From a virus (lineage: Duplodnaviria > Caudoviricetes): a stretch of DNA of 64,000 nt. Numbering within the stretch: position 1 is the stretch's first letter; each line of letters starts with the position of its first letter. The notes below the pieces were generated by a model that saw only the letters and a program-made list of their open reading frames with translations, had not been told where the DNA came from and made no database searches. Shown here one piece after another: positions 49,649-59,717 of this stretch. The DNA lies in the IMG/VR virus record IMGVR_UViG_2728369500_000003, positions 1-64,000 of that record. One strand, given 5' to 3'. Made by a program: the position numbers and the translations under genes.

Positions 49649-51473
49649 AGGATTTTTAGACGCCTTACAACCAGAACCCATACTATCTGTGAGCCAGTGG
49701 GCAGATCAAAACCGACTCTTAGACAGTAAAAGTTCAGCAATGCCAGGAAAATACAGAACTTCCATCACTCCGTTTCTCAAAGAGATTATGGATCATCTCG
49801 GGGAATATTCTCCTGTAGAGGAAGTTATTGTCATGAAAGGAGCACAGCTGGGCGTGACCGAGGCTGGAATCAACTGGATAGGCTACACCATTGATGTTTC
49901 ACCCTGTCCTATGCTTTTTGTAGAACCCACCAAAGAAGTGGTGGAACTGGTAAGCAAGACCAGAATACAGCCCATGCTCGAAAGCTCGCCCAGCTTGGCA
50001 CACAAAGTAAAGCCACCAAAGTCCAGAGACAGCGGAAATACCCTGACAAAAAAAGAATTCCCAGGTGGGATATTGAGGTTAGCGGGAGCCAACAGCGCCG
50101 CAGGGCTCAGAAATATGCCCGTCAAAAGACTCATGCTCGATGAGGTAGATGCTTATCCTGTGGATTTGGATACTGAAGGAAATCCCATTGACCTGGCAAA
50201 GAAAAGGACTTCCACATTTGCCAAAAGAAAAATCTTCATTTTATCCACTCCGGTAACAAAAGGGCTTAGTGTTATTGAGCCCCTGTTTGAGAGTACCGAC
50301 CAGAGATACTTTTTTCTCCCATGCCCTCATTGCGGAGCTTTGCAGCATTTGAAATGGGAAAATTTAAAATATCAATACAACAAAAGCTCAAAAGTGGCAA
50401 AAGAGGTTTACTACCAGTGTGAACACTGCCAGGAAGGTATTCAGGAATCCGAAAAAACAAAAATGCTGGAGAGTGGAGTTTGGATACCTACAAAGCCTGA
50501 GAATCAAAATAAAAAAAGAGTAGGCTATCATATCAATTCCCTCTATTCCCCTTTAGGATGGAAAAGCTGGGAGGATTTGGCCATAGAATATGAAGAGGCC
50601 ATTGGAGATGTCCCGAAAATGAAAACGTTTTACAACACCTCCTTAGGACTGACCTATGAAGAAAGCGGAGATAAGCCCCAGTGGGAAGCATTGTATGACC
50701 GTAGAGAGGATTACCCAAGAGGAAAAATACCCACTGATGAAATTGCTTTTTTAACAGCCGGGGTAGATATTCAGAAAGACCGTATCGAACTGGAAATAGT
50801 AGGCTGGTGTGAGGGGAAGGTTTCCTACTCCATTGATTATAGAGTGCTAATGGGGTTTGTGGCAGGTGATGGCAGCGCCCAGGTTTGGCAAAAACTCGAT
50901 GCCGTCCTGAATGAAACATGGATAAGACCCGACGGCACACAGATGAGTATCAGAATGATGTGTGTGGACAGTGGAAACTGGTCCAGTGAAGTCTATGCTT
51001 TTTGCGGCCGTTATCCCCCTTCAAGAGTCGTCCCCATCAAAGGACGTGACAATCAGATTACCATTATTTCTGCTCCAAAAGCCGTGAATGTTACCAGAAA
51101 AAACAAATCCGTGGACGGGGTCAAAGTATGGCATGTCGGAGTTTCATTATTGAAGTCAGAGTTATACGGCTGGTTAAGAGTTAATCCAGGAGATCCAGGG
51201 TATTGTCATTTCCCGATGTATGATGAGGCCTACTTCAAAGGACTGACCTCTGAAGAACTTATTACAACCAAAAATAAAAATGGACACACGGTACAGAGGT
51301 GGGTGAAAAAGTTCACCCGAAATGAGCCCCTCGATATCAGGAACTACGCCAGGGCTGCGGCCCATATGGTCGGCATGGACTCCTTTTCACCCAAACATTG
51401 GGAACTCATGCGAAATAAAAGAACCGGAGCAGTTAAAAATAAAGTAAAGAAGAAATCAGATTTTTGGAATTAA
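49638..51473 (+). CDS. terL: Terminase large subunit, GpA family
   Basis: Nearly identical to 5761..7596. Confidence 0.95.
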   Translation: MLIKGFLDALQPEPILSVSQWADQNRLLDSKSSAMPGKYRTSITPFLKEIMDHLGEYSPVEEVIVMKGAQLGVTEAGINWIGYTIDVSPCPMLFVEPTKEVVELVSKTRIQPMLESSPSLAHKVKPPKSRDSGNTLTKKEFPGGILRLAGANSAAGLRNMPVKRLMLDEVDAYPVDLDTEGNPIDLAKKRTSTFAKRKIFILSTPVTKGLSVIEPLFESTDQRYFFLPCPHCGALQHLKWENLKYQYNKSSKVAKEVYYQCEHCQEGIQESEKTKMLESGVWIPTKPENQNKKRVGYHINSLYSPLGWKSWEDLAIEYEEAIGDVPKMKTFYNTSLGLTYEESGDKPQWEALYDRREDYPRGKIPTDEIAFLTAGVDIQKDRIELEIVGWCEGKVSYSIDYRVLMGFVAGDGSAQVWQKLDAVLNETWIRPDGTQMSIRMMCVDSGNWSSEVYAFCGRYPPSRVVPIKGRDNQITIISAPKAVNVTRKNKSVDGVKVWHVGVSLLKSELYGWLRVNPGDPGYCHFPMYDEAYFKGLTSEELITTKNKNGHTVQRWVKKFTRNEPLDIRNYARAAAHMVGMDSFSPKHWELMRNKRTGAVKNKVKKKSDFWN

Positions 51474-51474
51474 T

Positions 51475-51837
51475 ATGGAAAAACACATCACAATACGCAT
51501 TCAAATGCCGTTAAGCCTTGCAGAAATGGCCATTCATGCTGCATGTATATACTATCAGACCACCCCAGAAGAATTATTTGGAAAAAGTCCTAATCACGAG
51601 CATTCAGAAAGAAAATCACTCGTCTATCATTTGTTAAAAACAGAATGCAATATGACAGTCCCGGAAATTGCAAGAATAGCCGGTACCAGCCGACAATATG
51701 TGAGCTATATGCTCGATCGTGTGGATATCCGCTCAAGATTGTATTTGTCAAATGCTTGCCACTACAAAAATATACACCATATTTTCACAACTTTACAGAA
51801 AGAACAAAAAAAATGGATGGACCAGAATTCACAATAG
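51475..51837 (+). CDS. HTH protein resembling DnaA domain IV
   Basis: Identical protein to 7598..7960. Confidence 0.6.
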   Translation: MEKHITIRIQMPLSLAEMAIHAACIYYQTTPEELFGKSPNHEHSERKSLVYHLLKTECNMTVPEIARIAGTSRQYVSYMLDRVDIRSRLYLSNACHYKNIHHIFTTLQKEQKKWMDQNSQ

Positions 51838-52034
51838 AACAGTATTACGCCTTGAATAAGAGTATCGCACAGGGAACCTTAACTGTTACCTATGGTGATA
51901 AAACCGTTACCTACCGCAGCCTTGATGAGATGCTCAGAATCAAAAATCTCATCGCAGCAGAATTGGGGCTTATCAAAAAAGACAATGGCCGAAAAGTAGG
52001 AGTCTTTAGTAAAAACTGGAAAAAATGTCCTTAG
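51813..52034 (+). CDS. gpW-like head-tail joining protein
   Basis: Homologue of 7936..8157. Confidence 0.85.
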   Translation: MDGPEFTIEQYYALNKSIAQGTLTVTYGDKTVTYRSLDEMLRIKNLIAAELGLIKKDNGRKVGVFSKNWKKCP

Positions 52035-53482
52035 AATTAAATTTACTCGATAAAGTAGTTTCTTATTTCAGTCCGCAGTGGGGACTAAAAAGAATACAGC
52101 GGCGTAATGCAATGGATATCCTACAAAGAGGGTATGAAGGAGCACGAAAAGACCGCCGTACCAAAGGATGGAATGTGAATGATTTTGAACAGGCCGCAAA
52201 ACTAGCCGAAATTAAAACCCTGAAAAACAGAAGCAGGGACCTCTACCGAAACAACCCCTATTCTTTCCGGGCTCACAATTCCATTGCCAACAATACCACC
52301 GGAAGAGGCATTGTTCCGGCCATTAAAAATGAACTGCTAAAAAAAATCTGGAAGGACTGGGCCCATCAGACCTCAGTGGATTTTGACGCCAATTGTAATT
52401 TTTATGGATTACAGAACCTTTGCATGAGAACACTCTCTATGCATGGTTCAGTACTCATCTTAAGAATTAAAACCAATAATAAAGAACATATTCCATTAGA
52501 ACTCAAGGTGGTTTCCACTAAATTTTTAGACCTCTCAAAAGATACCATAAAAACTTCCACCGGGTCATATATTTCCGGGGGAATTGAGTTTGCTTCCACC
52601 GGAAAAAGGAAAGGATACTGGATTTACGATAAGGATCCGGAGCTGGAATATTCTAAAAGCACATTTTGGAAAGATCAGGATGTGATCCATCTCTTTTTCC
52701 AGGACGAACCCGGGCAGATCCATGGAGTTCCATTTGGTTCTCCCTCCATGATGAGCTTAAGAGATTTTGACGATTATTCGGATGCGCAGCTGGTAAGACA
52801 AAAGATCGCCTCCTGCTTCTCCATATTCATCACCAAGACAGATGCTGAAATGATCGGGGCAGACACCCAGGATTATGAAGAGTTTGACAGGGTGGAACCA
52901 GGGCTCATTCAGACCTTAGAGCCAGGCAAATCGGTCACTTTTGCTTCCCCTCCTCCCGCAGACGGGTATGGCGAATATTCCAAAAACGTCCTTACAGGTA
53001 TTTCAGCAGGCTACGGCATGAGCTATGAAGCCATGACAGGAGATTTAAGCCATGTCAATTACTCCAGCGGACGCATGGGGTGGTTAGAATACCAAAGAAT
53101 GATTGAGACATGGCAGAATTTTATTCTCATCCCTAAATTATGCGCGAAAGTATGGCTTTGGTTTGTAGAGGCAGGAAATTTATTAGGCATTCTTCCCAAA
53201 GACACGCCTAAAACAGTGGAATGGACCGCCCCGGGTAGAATGATGATTGACCCTGTAAAAGAAGTGAACGGACTTTTAGCACAGGTAAGAGCCGGATTTA
53301 TGAGCTGGCAGGAAGCCGTAAGACTTTTAGGCTATGCCCCGGAAGAAATTCTGGAAGAGATGAAAATTTCTAAAGAATTATTTGACAAGGCAGGCCTTCA
53401 CCCAAAATCAGATCCCCGATATGATGCGGTAAATCTAAAAAATCAGAGTAATGATACAGGTAACAATAGCACACACCAGTAA
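52025..53482 (+). CDS. Lambda-family portal protein (intact)
   Basis: RSRDLYRNNPY, QIHGVP, GDLSHVNYSSGRMG, IDPVKE motifs. Confidence 0.95.
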   Translation: MSLELNLLDKVVSYFSPQWGLKRIQRRNAMDILQRGYEGARKDRRTKGWNVNDFEQAAKLAEIKTLKNRSRDLYRNNPYSFRAHNSIANNTTGRGIVPAIKNELLKKIWKDWAHQTSVDFDANCNFYGLQNLCMRTLSMHGSVLILRIKTNNKEHIPLELKVVSTKFLDLSKDTIKTSTGSYISGGIEFASTGKRKGYWIYDKDPELEYSKSTFWKDQDVIHLFFQDEPGQIHGVPFGSPSMMSLRDFDDYSDAQLVRQKIASCFSIFITKTDAEMIGADTQDYEEFDRVEPGLIQTLEPGKSVTFASPPPADGYGEYSKNVLTGISAGYGMSYEAMTGDLSHVNYSSGRMGWLEYQRMIETWQNFILIPKLCAKVWLWFVEAGNLLGILPKDTPKTVEWTAPGRMMIDPVKEVNGLLAQVRAGFMSWQEAVRLLGYAPEEILEEMKISKELFDKAGLHPKSDPRYDAVNLKNQSNDTGNNSTHQ

Positions 53483-54128
53483 TGGCCTCAACTTTTTGCA
53501 GAGACAATTAGAGGACAGAAATCTTAAGAAAGCCAGCACAAGGGCCCTAAATAAAGCAATTGCAAAAGGTAACACCCATTATAGGCGAATGATTTCTGAA
53601 TATTATAACATTAAGCCTATTGATATCAGAAATTCTATTGTGCTGAAAAAAGCAACCTATTCACAGAATGAGGCTTCTATCTCAGGAAATTTCAAACCCT
53701 TGAGCTTATCCAGGTTTGGTCCACAGTTTGTTAATGGCCGAAGTGTTATTTCTATTCGCTCGGTGAGAAATAAAGAAACAGGAAGAAGAACTTTACAGCA
53801 AAGAACCCGAAATGCAAGGAAAAACGAGCAAGCCGGTGGAGGGGTTTCTATTGAGATCAAAAAAGGAAGCAGAAAAGTTATTCCTTATGCTTTCTTAACA
53901 AAATCATCGGCAAATACCGGAGTTGAAAAACAAATTTTTGCCAGAGGAAAATACGCCGGAGGAAAATTCGAGAAAGCAAAAGAAAGATTCCCCATTACCG
54001 CCATGAAAACCACTTCTGTTTTTGGGATTTTGACTAATGACCCTATTCAAAGAAAAATAGAAACAGAATCTAAAGAAACTCTGCAAAGAGAGTTTGAAAG
54101 ACAAATTTATTTATTAATAAGAAGATAA
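53451..54128 (+). CDS. Minor tail/neck protein (gpZ-like)
   Basis: Homologue of 9573..10250. Confidence 0.65.
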   Translation: MIQVTIAHTSNGLNFLQRQLEDRNLKKASTRALNKAIAKGNTHYRRMISEYYNIKPIDIRNSIVLKKATYSQNEASISGNFKPLSLSRFGPQFVNGRSVISIRSVRNKETGRRTLQQRTRNARKNEQAGGGVSIEIKKGSRKVIPYAFLTKSSANTGVEKQIFARGKYAGGKFEKAKERFPITAMKTTSVFGILTNDPIQRKIETESKETLQREFERQIYLLIRR

Positions 54129-54154
54129 CGTTTCGCTGTTTTGCAAAGTGGCGG
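54125..54154 (-). other. attC-like half-site at the left edge of the R-M insert
   Basis: ATAAC-GTTTCGCT-GTTTTGCA-AAGTGGCGG; homology with prophage 1 stops at GATAAC. Confidence 0.65.
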
Positions 54155-54255
54155 ATTGTATGCACAACTGTTGATACGAAGCAGTTCGCATTCATACACC
54201 TCACATTGGCGAGGCATTATAGGCAGGCTACCTGTCAGCGTACTATTGACCGACC

Positions 54256-55227
54256 TTAACCAATAAACAACTGATTTGAGAAAAGAGAGTGAGGTGCGGA
54301 TACTAAATTAATATCAAACTTTAAAGATGGCTCAATCCGAGAACTTGCATTATGAATACGGAAAGAAATTTGCCAACCTTCACTTAACGTTACTAAAATA
54401 GTTGTCTTTGAATTATCTTGGTAAACTACTTCAATCAAACGGTTTGGTAGTTTCAGACGCTGAATTTTTGCTTTTGGTTTTACGCTTTCAAAAGGTAAAT
54501 TCAATGTTCCGTGTAAATTATAGGCTTGAATTTCGACCTTGTTTTTACCTTTTATGACTTTGTAAAAATCTTGATTACCAATCAAATACTTAATTAAATT
54601 TTCGGCTACAATTCCAGGGTTTTCGTTATCCAAACGCAATAATTCTTTCTTAAAAGCATCCAAAACAGGAACATAAACGGATGTATGATAATCGCCTAAG
54701 GTATCCCATTTTTGGGTTGCTTTGCTTGCTGTTCTCAGCTTTGCCAAATTATCGAAAACAGGTTTGACTTCTTGGAAATATTCAGCAGAACAAGGAAAGC
54801 CTAACCACTTTTGACCAAAATCAATATCGTTTGACAAACGAGAATGTTTTACGGCTCTATGATTGTTTTTTGCCGAAACTCCTATTTCCCATTTTTGCAA
54901 TGAGCGAATAGCCAAAACATCGCGAACATCACCGGTTTGACCAGCTTTGTCGGCTACAATCTCGAGTTGTAGAATATCTTCATCACTAATTCCGTTTGAT
55001 AAACGTGGCTCAATATCAAGTAAAAAATTTACCGCAAAACTTGCCACTAATTTGTAATGACTTTGTTCCTTTTCGTCAAAGCTTGTAAAACATTTCAAAG
55101 CAGTTTTGTAAGGTTCATTTTCAACAAATGAAACAGAAGTTAGCACTCTTAAACGTTCTAAAAACTCGATTAGCAAAGCATATTCAAATGCTTTTCCGTT
55201 TATGGTTTGGGTTGCAATTTTTGACAT
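54256..55227 (-). CDS. HaeIII-family type II restriction endonuclease
   Basis: GKAFEY, GQTGDVRDVL, GVSAKNNHRAVKHSRLS, RIHNASS..SLKFDI motifs; coupled to an M.HaeIII-like gene. Confidence 0.85.
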   Translation of the reverse strand: MSKIATQTINGKAFEYALLIEFLERLRVLTSVSFVENEPYKTALKCFTSFDEKEQSHYKLVASFAVNFLLDIEPRLSNGISDEDILQLEIVADKAGQTGDVRDVLAIRSLQKWEIGVSAKNNHRAVKHSRLSNDIDFGQKWLGFPCSAEYFQEVKPVFDNLAKLRTASKATQKWDTLGDYHTSVYVPVLDAFKKELLRLDNENPGIVAENLIKYLIGNQDFYKVIKGKNKVEIQAYNLHGTLNLPFESVKPKAKIQRLKLPNRLIEVVYQDNSKTTILVTLSEGWQISFRIHNASSRIEPSLKFDINLVSAPHSLFSNQLFIG

Positions 55228-56318
55228 TATACTGTTACTCGGTTTACAATTTCATTCAGTTTTTCAATTACAACATTTCCATTGTATTCAGTAGAAATAG
55301 GTTTTTGAACAACTTTATTAATAACGTTCAAATGATCTAAATCAGCATAAATCTTTTCTGCCAAAATCACACCCATTCTAACAGGAACAGCATTTCCAAT
55401 CATTTTGTAACCAGCGGATACACTGCTATATTCAAATGAAAAAGTATCCGGAAAAGTTTGAATTCTTGCACATTCCCGAACACTTAATCTTCGATATAAA
55501 TGTTCTTGACCTTTCACAAATTCACGCAAATTTTGTTCAATAAGTTTCATTTTTGGAGCTTGTGGGTGGATTGGTGCATGACGACCACCAGCTTGGATTG
55601 TAAATGACACTTCATCCCAAGAGCGAACCCTATTTCTTGACATAAACATCGACGAAAAACCACCAATCATATATTCATGGTTTGATACTTTGCAGTCTTT
55701 TCCATTGGTATAGTTCCCTTCTTTTGCAGGTAAGGCAGTATCTTTTAAATCACTAATTGCTTTTTCAAGAGTAATTTTGTTTTCTAACGTTGTGGGTCTT
55801 GGAAAGGTGAATTTAATTCCCAAATCTTTACGATAACCTATAAAAAAAACACGTTTCCTATCTTGTGGAACGCCATAATCTGAGACATTCAATAACTGAA
55901 ATGACAAGTCGTAGCCTATATCAGTAAACATCTGTTTTATGTTTGCTAACGCTTCTTTATGAGCAGGCAACAACATTCCAGACACATTTTCAGCCAAGAA
56001 AAATTTAGGTTTCTTATCTGCTAAAATTCGCATAAATTCATAAAAAAGCTGACCTCTTTTATCTGCAATTCCTCGCTTTGAACCAGCCTCCGACCAGCTT
56101 TGACAAGGAGGTCCGCCAATAATTCCATCACAATCAGGAACTTCATTTGATGGAATATCGACAATACTTCTTCTATCTAAAATTGTGTTTTTATGGTTCT
56201 TTTCATAGGTTGCCCAAATTTCTTTATCATATTCATTTGCCCAAACGACATCAAAACCAGCTTTCTCAAACCCTAAATCAAGACCACCTGCACCTGCAAA
56301 AAACGATACGACTTTCAT
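55227..56318 (-). CDS. C5-cytosine methyltransferase, M.HaeIII-like (probably GGCC)
   Basis: FAGAGG, GGPPCQSWSE, AENV, QDRKRVF; TRD FMSRNRVR..HPQAP..GQEHLYRRLSVRECAR resembles M.HaeIII as recalled. Confidence 0.92.
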   Translation of the reverse strand: MKVVSFFAGAGGLDLGFEKAGFDVVWANEYDKEIWATYEKNHKNTILDRRSIVDIPSNEVPDCDGIIGGPPCQSWSEAGSKRGIADKRGQLFYEFMRILADKKPKFFLAENVSGMLLPAHKEALANIKQMFTDIGYDLSFQLLNVSDYGVPQDRKRVFFIGYRKDLGIKFTFPRPTTLENKITLEKAISDLKDTALPAKEGNYTNGKDCKVSNHEYMIGGFSSMFMSRNRVRSWDEVSFTIQAGGRHAPIHPQAPKMKLIEQNLREFVKGQEHLYRRLSVRECARIQTFPDTFSFEYSSVSAGYKMIGNAVPVRMGVILAEKIYADLDHLNVINKVVQKPISTEYNGNVVIEKLNEIVNRVTV

Positions 56319-56344
56319 ACCTTGGAAATTTAATTATTCAACAA

Positions 56345-56352
56345 CAAACTTA
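56345..56352 (-). promoter_or_regulatory. -7 box of the R-M cassette
   Basis: TAAGTTTG on the minus strand, 26 bp before the methylase ATG. Confidence 0.6.
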
Positions 56353-56403
56353 CTAATTTAAAAACATTTCGCCCAAATTATGAGCGGGAAAATTGACCAG
56401 TCT

Positions 56404-56429
56404 ATAACAAGAGTTTTGCATAATGGCGG
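56404..56429 (-). other. attC-like half-site at the right edge of the R-M insert
   Basis: ATAAC-AAGA-GTTTTGCA-TAATGGCGG, an imperfect direct repeat of 54125-54154. Confidence 0.65.
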
Positions 56430-56431
56430 TG

Positions 56432-56478
56432 TGTCAAATATTTAGCAAATATAATTTGAATACGAATTCTTTGTTTTG
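56432..56478 (+). promoter_or_regulatory. Putative late promoter (capsid)
   Basis: TGTCAAATATTTAGCAA, 22 bp, TTGTTTTG, 4 bp, ATG. Confidence 0.65.
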
Positions 56479-56482
56479 TATC

Positions 56483-58402
56483 ATGAAAAAGGCAAAAGTT
56501 TCCTTATCCTACGTCAGGGCTTCAATACCCGAGAACAGCTTCAATGAAAAGAACAACACCATTGAGGTGGTTTTCGCTACAGAAACTCCAGTAAAAAGGT
56601 ATGACTGGAATGAAGGATGCTATTTCAATGAAGTTCTCGAGATTTCCAAAGATGCCATCAATTTTGAAAGACTCAATAGAGGACTTTCTGTTTTGGACTC
56701 CCATCAATCCTATGGACTGGAAAATATTCTGGGCGTGGTAGAGTCTGCCTGGATCGATGAAAACACCAAAGAAGCCAAAGCCATTATCAGACTTTCCAGC
56801 ACGGAAAAAGATGCAGATATCATTTCTAAAATCAAACAGGGCATCATCCGTCATATGAGCGTTGGCTACAAGATAGACCAGTACACCGTTTCAAAAAATG
56901 GCAAAGAAATTCCAGAGTATAGAGCCACCCAATGGACACCCAACGAATTATCACTGGTACCCGTTCCGGCAGACTTTAATTCCGGAATACGATCTCAGCA
57001 AAAAGAAGAACATTTTAATTTAATTGATATAATGGACCAAGATAATATCACAGCGGATGAAGTCCCAACACCGCCAAAAGTTCAGGCAACACCCACTCCT
57101 GAACCCAAAGTAAATGAATCAGAGGTAAGAGCAGAGGCTGTTGCCCAGGAAAGACAAAGAGCAATGGATATTTCAGAGGTCTGCCAGCGGGCAGGCTTAG
57201 AAACAGCCTTCACAGATTCACTCATAAAAAACGGCACCTCGCTGCATGATGCCAGGGCATTAATCATCGATGAAGTAGCCAAAAGAGCCAATCCGGCGCC
57301 CGTAGCAGCTCCCCCGCCAGCAGAAGTGGCGCAAGATGAAGCCCAGAAAAAAAGAAACTCAATGGTAGAAGGAATTGTGGCAAGAGCTATTCCCGGATCT
57401 ATAGACCTTAAAGGAAACGAAAAAGCGCTACAGTTCAGAAACATGAGACTTCTCGATGTAGCCAAAGACAGATTAACAGCAGCGGGTGAAAACTTCTCGA
57501 TGTTAAGTGAACAGGAAATGGTAAAAAGAGCATGGGCTACCACAGACTTCCCCACCCTCTTATCCCTGGCCTTTGACAGATCCCTCAGAAGGTTCTATGA
57601 AGGCTACGCCGATGAGTGGAGATTCATCGCAAGGCAGGAAAACGCTACCGATTTCAGAGAAAAAACAGGAATCAAAGTCGATGGTGCTGTGTCTTTTGAT
57701 GAAATTCCCGAAGGAGGAGAATACAAAGAAAGCAATATCCTTCAGGCGGAAGATGCCAAAATAAAACTTAAAAAATTCGGAAGAAAATACAGCATCAGCG
57801 ATATTGCCATTATCAATGATGATTTGAGTGTCTTCAGCAGACTGCCACAAATTATGGCACTGGGAGCCCAGCAATTCCAAAGTGATTTAGTTTGGTCCAA
57901 TATCACCGATAACAAAAATGCGCCGGACGGAAAGGCTTTATTTCATGCTGACCATAAAAATTACGATGCCACAGGAGCCCCTCTCACCACCGATGCATTA
58001 AGCATTGCAAGAACCGCTATGAGAAGGCAGAAATCCCCCGCAGGATTAAAATTAGGAATTAAACCCCAGTATCTGTTAGTACCCCCGGAATTACAAACCA
58101 CCGCAGAAAGACTCGTATCAGCAGTACTGGCTACCGAAACCGGAAATGTTAACGTTTTCGCAGGGCAGCTCAAGGTCATGGTAAGCGATCAGCTCGAAGA
58201 TCCCAAAGCATGGTACCTCCTGGCAGATCCTTCAGCCATTTCAGCAGACGGCATCGTGTACGCTTACCTCAATGGTCAGGGAGGACTTAAAACAGAATCA
58301 AGAGTCAACTGGGATACCGATGCCCTGGAAGTAAAAGGATCCATGGCTTTTGCCACCGCCGTATGGGGATGGGAAGGATGGTATAAAAACAAAGGAAAAT
58401 AA
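56483..58402 (+). CDS. Fused prohead protease and major capsid protein
   Basis: Homologue of 10356..12275. Confidence 0.9.
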   Translation: MKKAKVSLSYVRASIPENSFNEKNNTIEVVFATETPVKRYDWNEGCYFNEVLEISKDAINFERLNRGLSVLDSHQSYGLENILGVVESAWIDENTKEAKAIIRLSSTEKDADIISKIKQGIIRHMSVGYKIDQYTVSKNGKEIPEYRATQWTPNELSLVPVPADFNSGIRSQQKEEHFNLIDIMDQDNITADEVPTPPKVQATPTPEPKVNESEVRAEAVAQERQRAMDISEVCQRAGLETAFTDSLIKNGTSLHDARALIIDEVAKRANPAPVAAPPPAEVAQDEAQKKRNSMVEGIVARAIPGSIDLKGNEKALQFRNMRLLDVAKDRLTAAGENFSMLSEQEMVKRAWATTDFPTLLSLAFDRSLRRFYEGYADEWRFIARQENATDFREKTGIKVDGAVSFDEIPEGGEYKESNILQAEDAKIKLKKFGRKYSISDIAIINDDLSVFSRLPQIMALGAQQFQSDLVWSNITDNKNAPDGKALFHADHKNYDATGAPLTTDALSIARTAMRRQKSPAGLKLGIKPQYLLVPPELQTTAERLVSAVLATETGNVNVFAGQLKVMVSDQLEDPKAWYLLADPSAISADGIVYAYLNGQGGLKTESRVNWDTDALEVKGSMAFATAVWGWEGWYKNKGK

Positions 58403-58429
58403 TTTTTTTTCTAAAAATTACAATTAAAC

Positions 58430-58750
58430 ATGAAAAATTATATCGAAAAAGGAGAGTTTCTCCACACTGTTTTAGAAGATACTGTAAAAGGAGGAGATCT
58501 GGTGATCAAAGAAGACACCATAGGGGTAGCCGTTTCAGATGGGAACGGAATAGATCTATGCGCTATAGCCGTTGAGGGAGTCTTTGAACTTCCTAAAGCT
58601 ACAGGGGTCGCTTTGAGTCAGGGGAAAAAAGCATACTTCATTTCTGCTGACAAAACCGTTACCGGCGTGGCTTCAGGCAATACACTCATCGGCTACGTTT
58701 GGGAAACTGCTGATGCCACTAACCCTGTAGTAAGAGTGAAAATTGGATAA
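58430..58750 (+). CDS. Capsid cement protein (DUF2190-like)
   Basis: Homologue of 12303..12623. Confidence 0.85.
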   Translation: MKNYIEKGEFLHTVLEDTVKGGDLVIKEDTIGVAVSDGNGIDLCAIAVEGVFELPKATGVALSQGKKAYFISADKTVTGVASGNTLIGYVWETADATNPVVRVKIG

Positions 58751-59078
58751 TGTATTCGACTCCTTCAAGGCTCAGACATTCGATGTTATCGCAACAACGA
58801 TGGGATATGATGCCCAGTGCAGAGGAATCACAGCAAGAGTACTTTTCAACCATCCCAGTGAAAATGAAAAGCTCTCCGAACATAATTATGATTATGACCG
58901 TCCTACTTTAGAATTTAAAGTAAATGACTGGGAAGGAATCCGGGAAGCTATTGAACGAAAAGAAGATGTTCTGATCACCCTCAGAGAAAAAGAGTATTAC
59001 GCTATGAAAATCATAGGCGATGATCGTATAGCCCAAGATGGAGACACCTATAAAGTACTACTAGAAGAAGCATCATGA
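58743..59078 (+). CDS. Head-tail joining protein
   Basis: Homologue of 12616..12948. Confidence 0.6.
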   Translation: MDNVFDSFKAQTFDVIATTMGYDAQCRGITARVLFNHPSENEKLSEHNYDYDRPTLEFKVNDWEGIREAIERKEDVLITLREKEYYAMKIIGDDRIAQDGDTYKVLLEEAS

Positions 59079-59533
59079 ATTACCAGGCAGTAGAATCAGA
59101 ACTCGCACATCAGCTGGAAGCAAATACAGATTTATCTGCAATAGCAGATATTACAGTACTTCCGGAAGATATTGCACAATACAAAATACCGGTTGTGAAT
59201 GGTTTAGTGACCGTTGTTTTTATGAGTGAAATCTTTGATAAAAATCAAAGTATCGGCCCAATATCACAACACAGCACCGCGACCTTTACTATCAGCATTC
59301 AATCCAGAAGATTAAGAGGTCCAAAAGGAGTTTACAGCATTTCAGAACTCATCAAGCAGTCCTTGATGGGGTTTACCCCTACAGATTGCGGAGCGGTTTC
59401 TTTAGGGGATTTTGCTTATGTAAACTACCAGAATGATGTCTGGGAATATTCCCTGTCAGTAGCATGCAGATCACTCAGAACACAAATCCTCCCCCACTCT
59501 GTTGATCCTCCGCTAACGGATCAACCGGTATAG
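59075..59533 (+). CDS. Tail terminator/completion protein (5 aa shorter; TAT to TAG)
   Basis: Homologue of 12948..13421. Confidence 0.65.
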   Translation: MNYQAVESELAHQLEANTDLSAIADITVLPEDIAQYKIPVVNGLVTVVFMSEIFDKNQSIGPISQHSTATFTISIQSRRLRGPKGVYSISELIKQSLMGFTPTDCGAVSLGDFAYVNYQNDVWEYSLSVACRSLRTQILPHSVDPPLTDQPV

Positions 59534-59554
59534 GATCAACCCGAATAATGACAT

Positions 59555-59716
59555 ATGAAAAAGTACATCTATAAAGGTCTTGTTAAAACGACACTTGGCG
59601 GCTATATTGTTGTTCCAGGCTCAGTCATTGAGCTCTCAGAAAAAGACGAAAGAGTAAAAAGTCTCCTGGCACAGGGACTTTTAGAATTAGTAGAAACCAA
59701 AAAACAAACAAAATAA
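59555..59716 (+). CDS. 53-aa conserved protein (not in the ORF track)
   Basis: Homologue of 13428..13589. Confidence 0.75.
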   Translation: MKKYIYKGLVKTTLGGYIVVPGSVIELSEKDERVKSLLAQGLLELVETKKQTK

Positions 59717-59717
59717 T

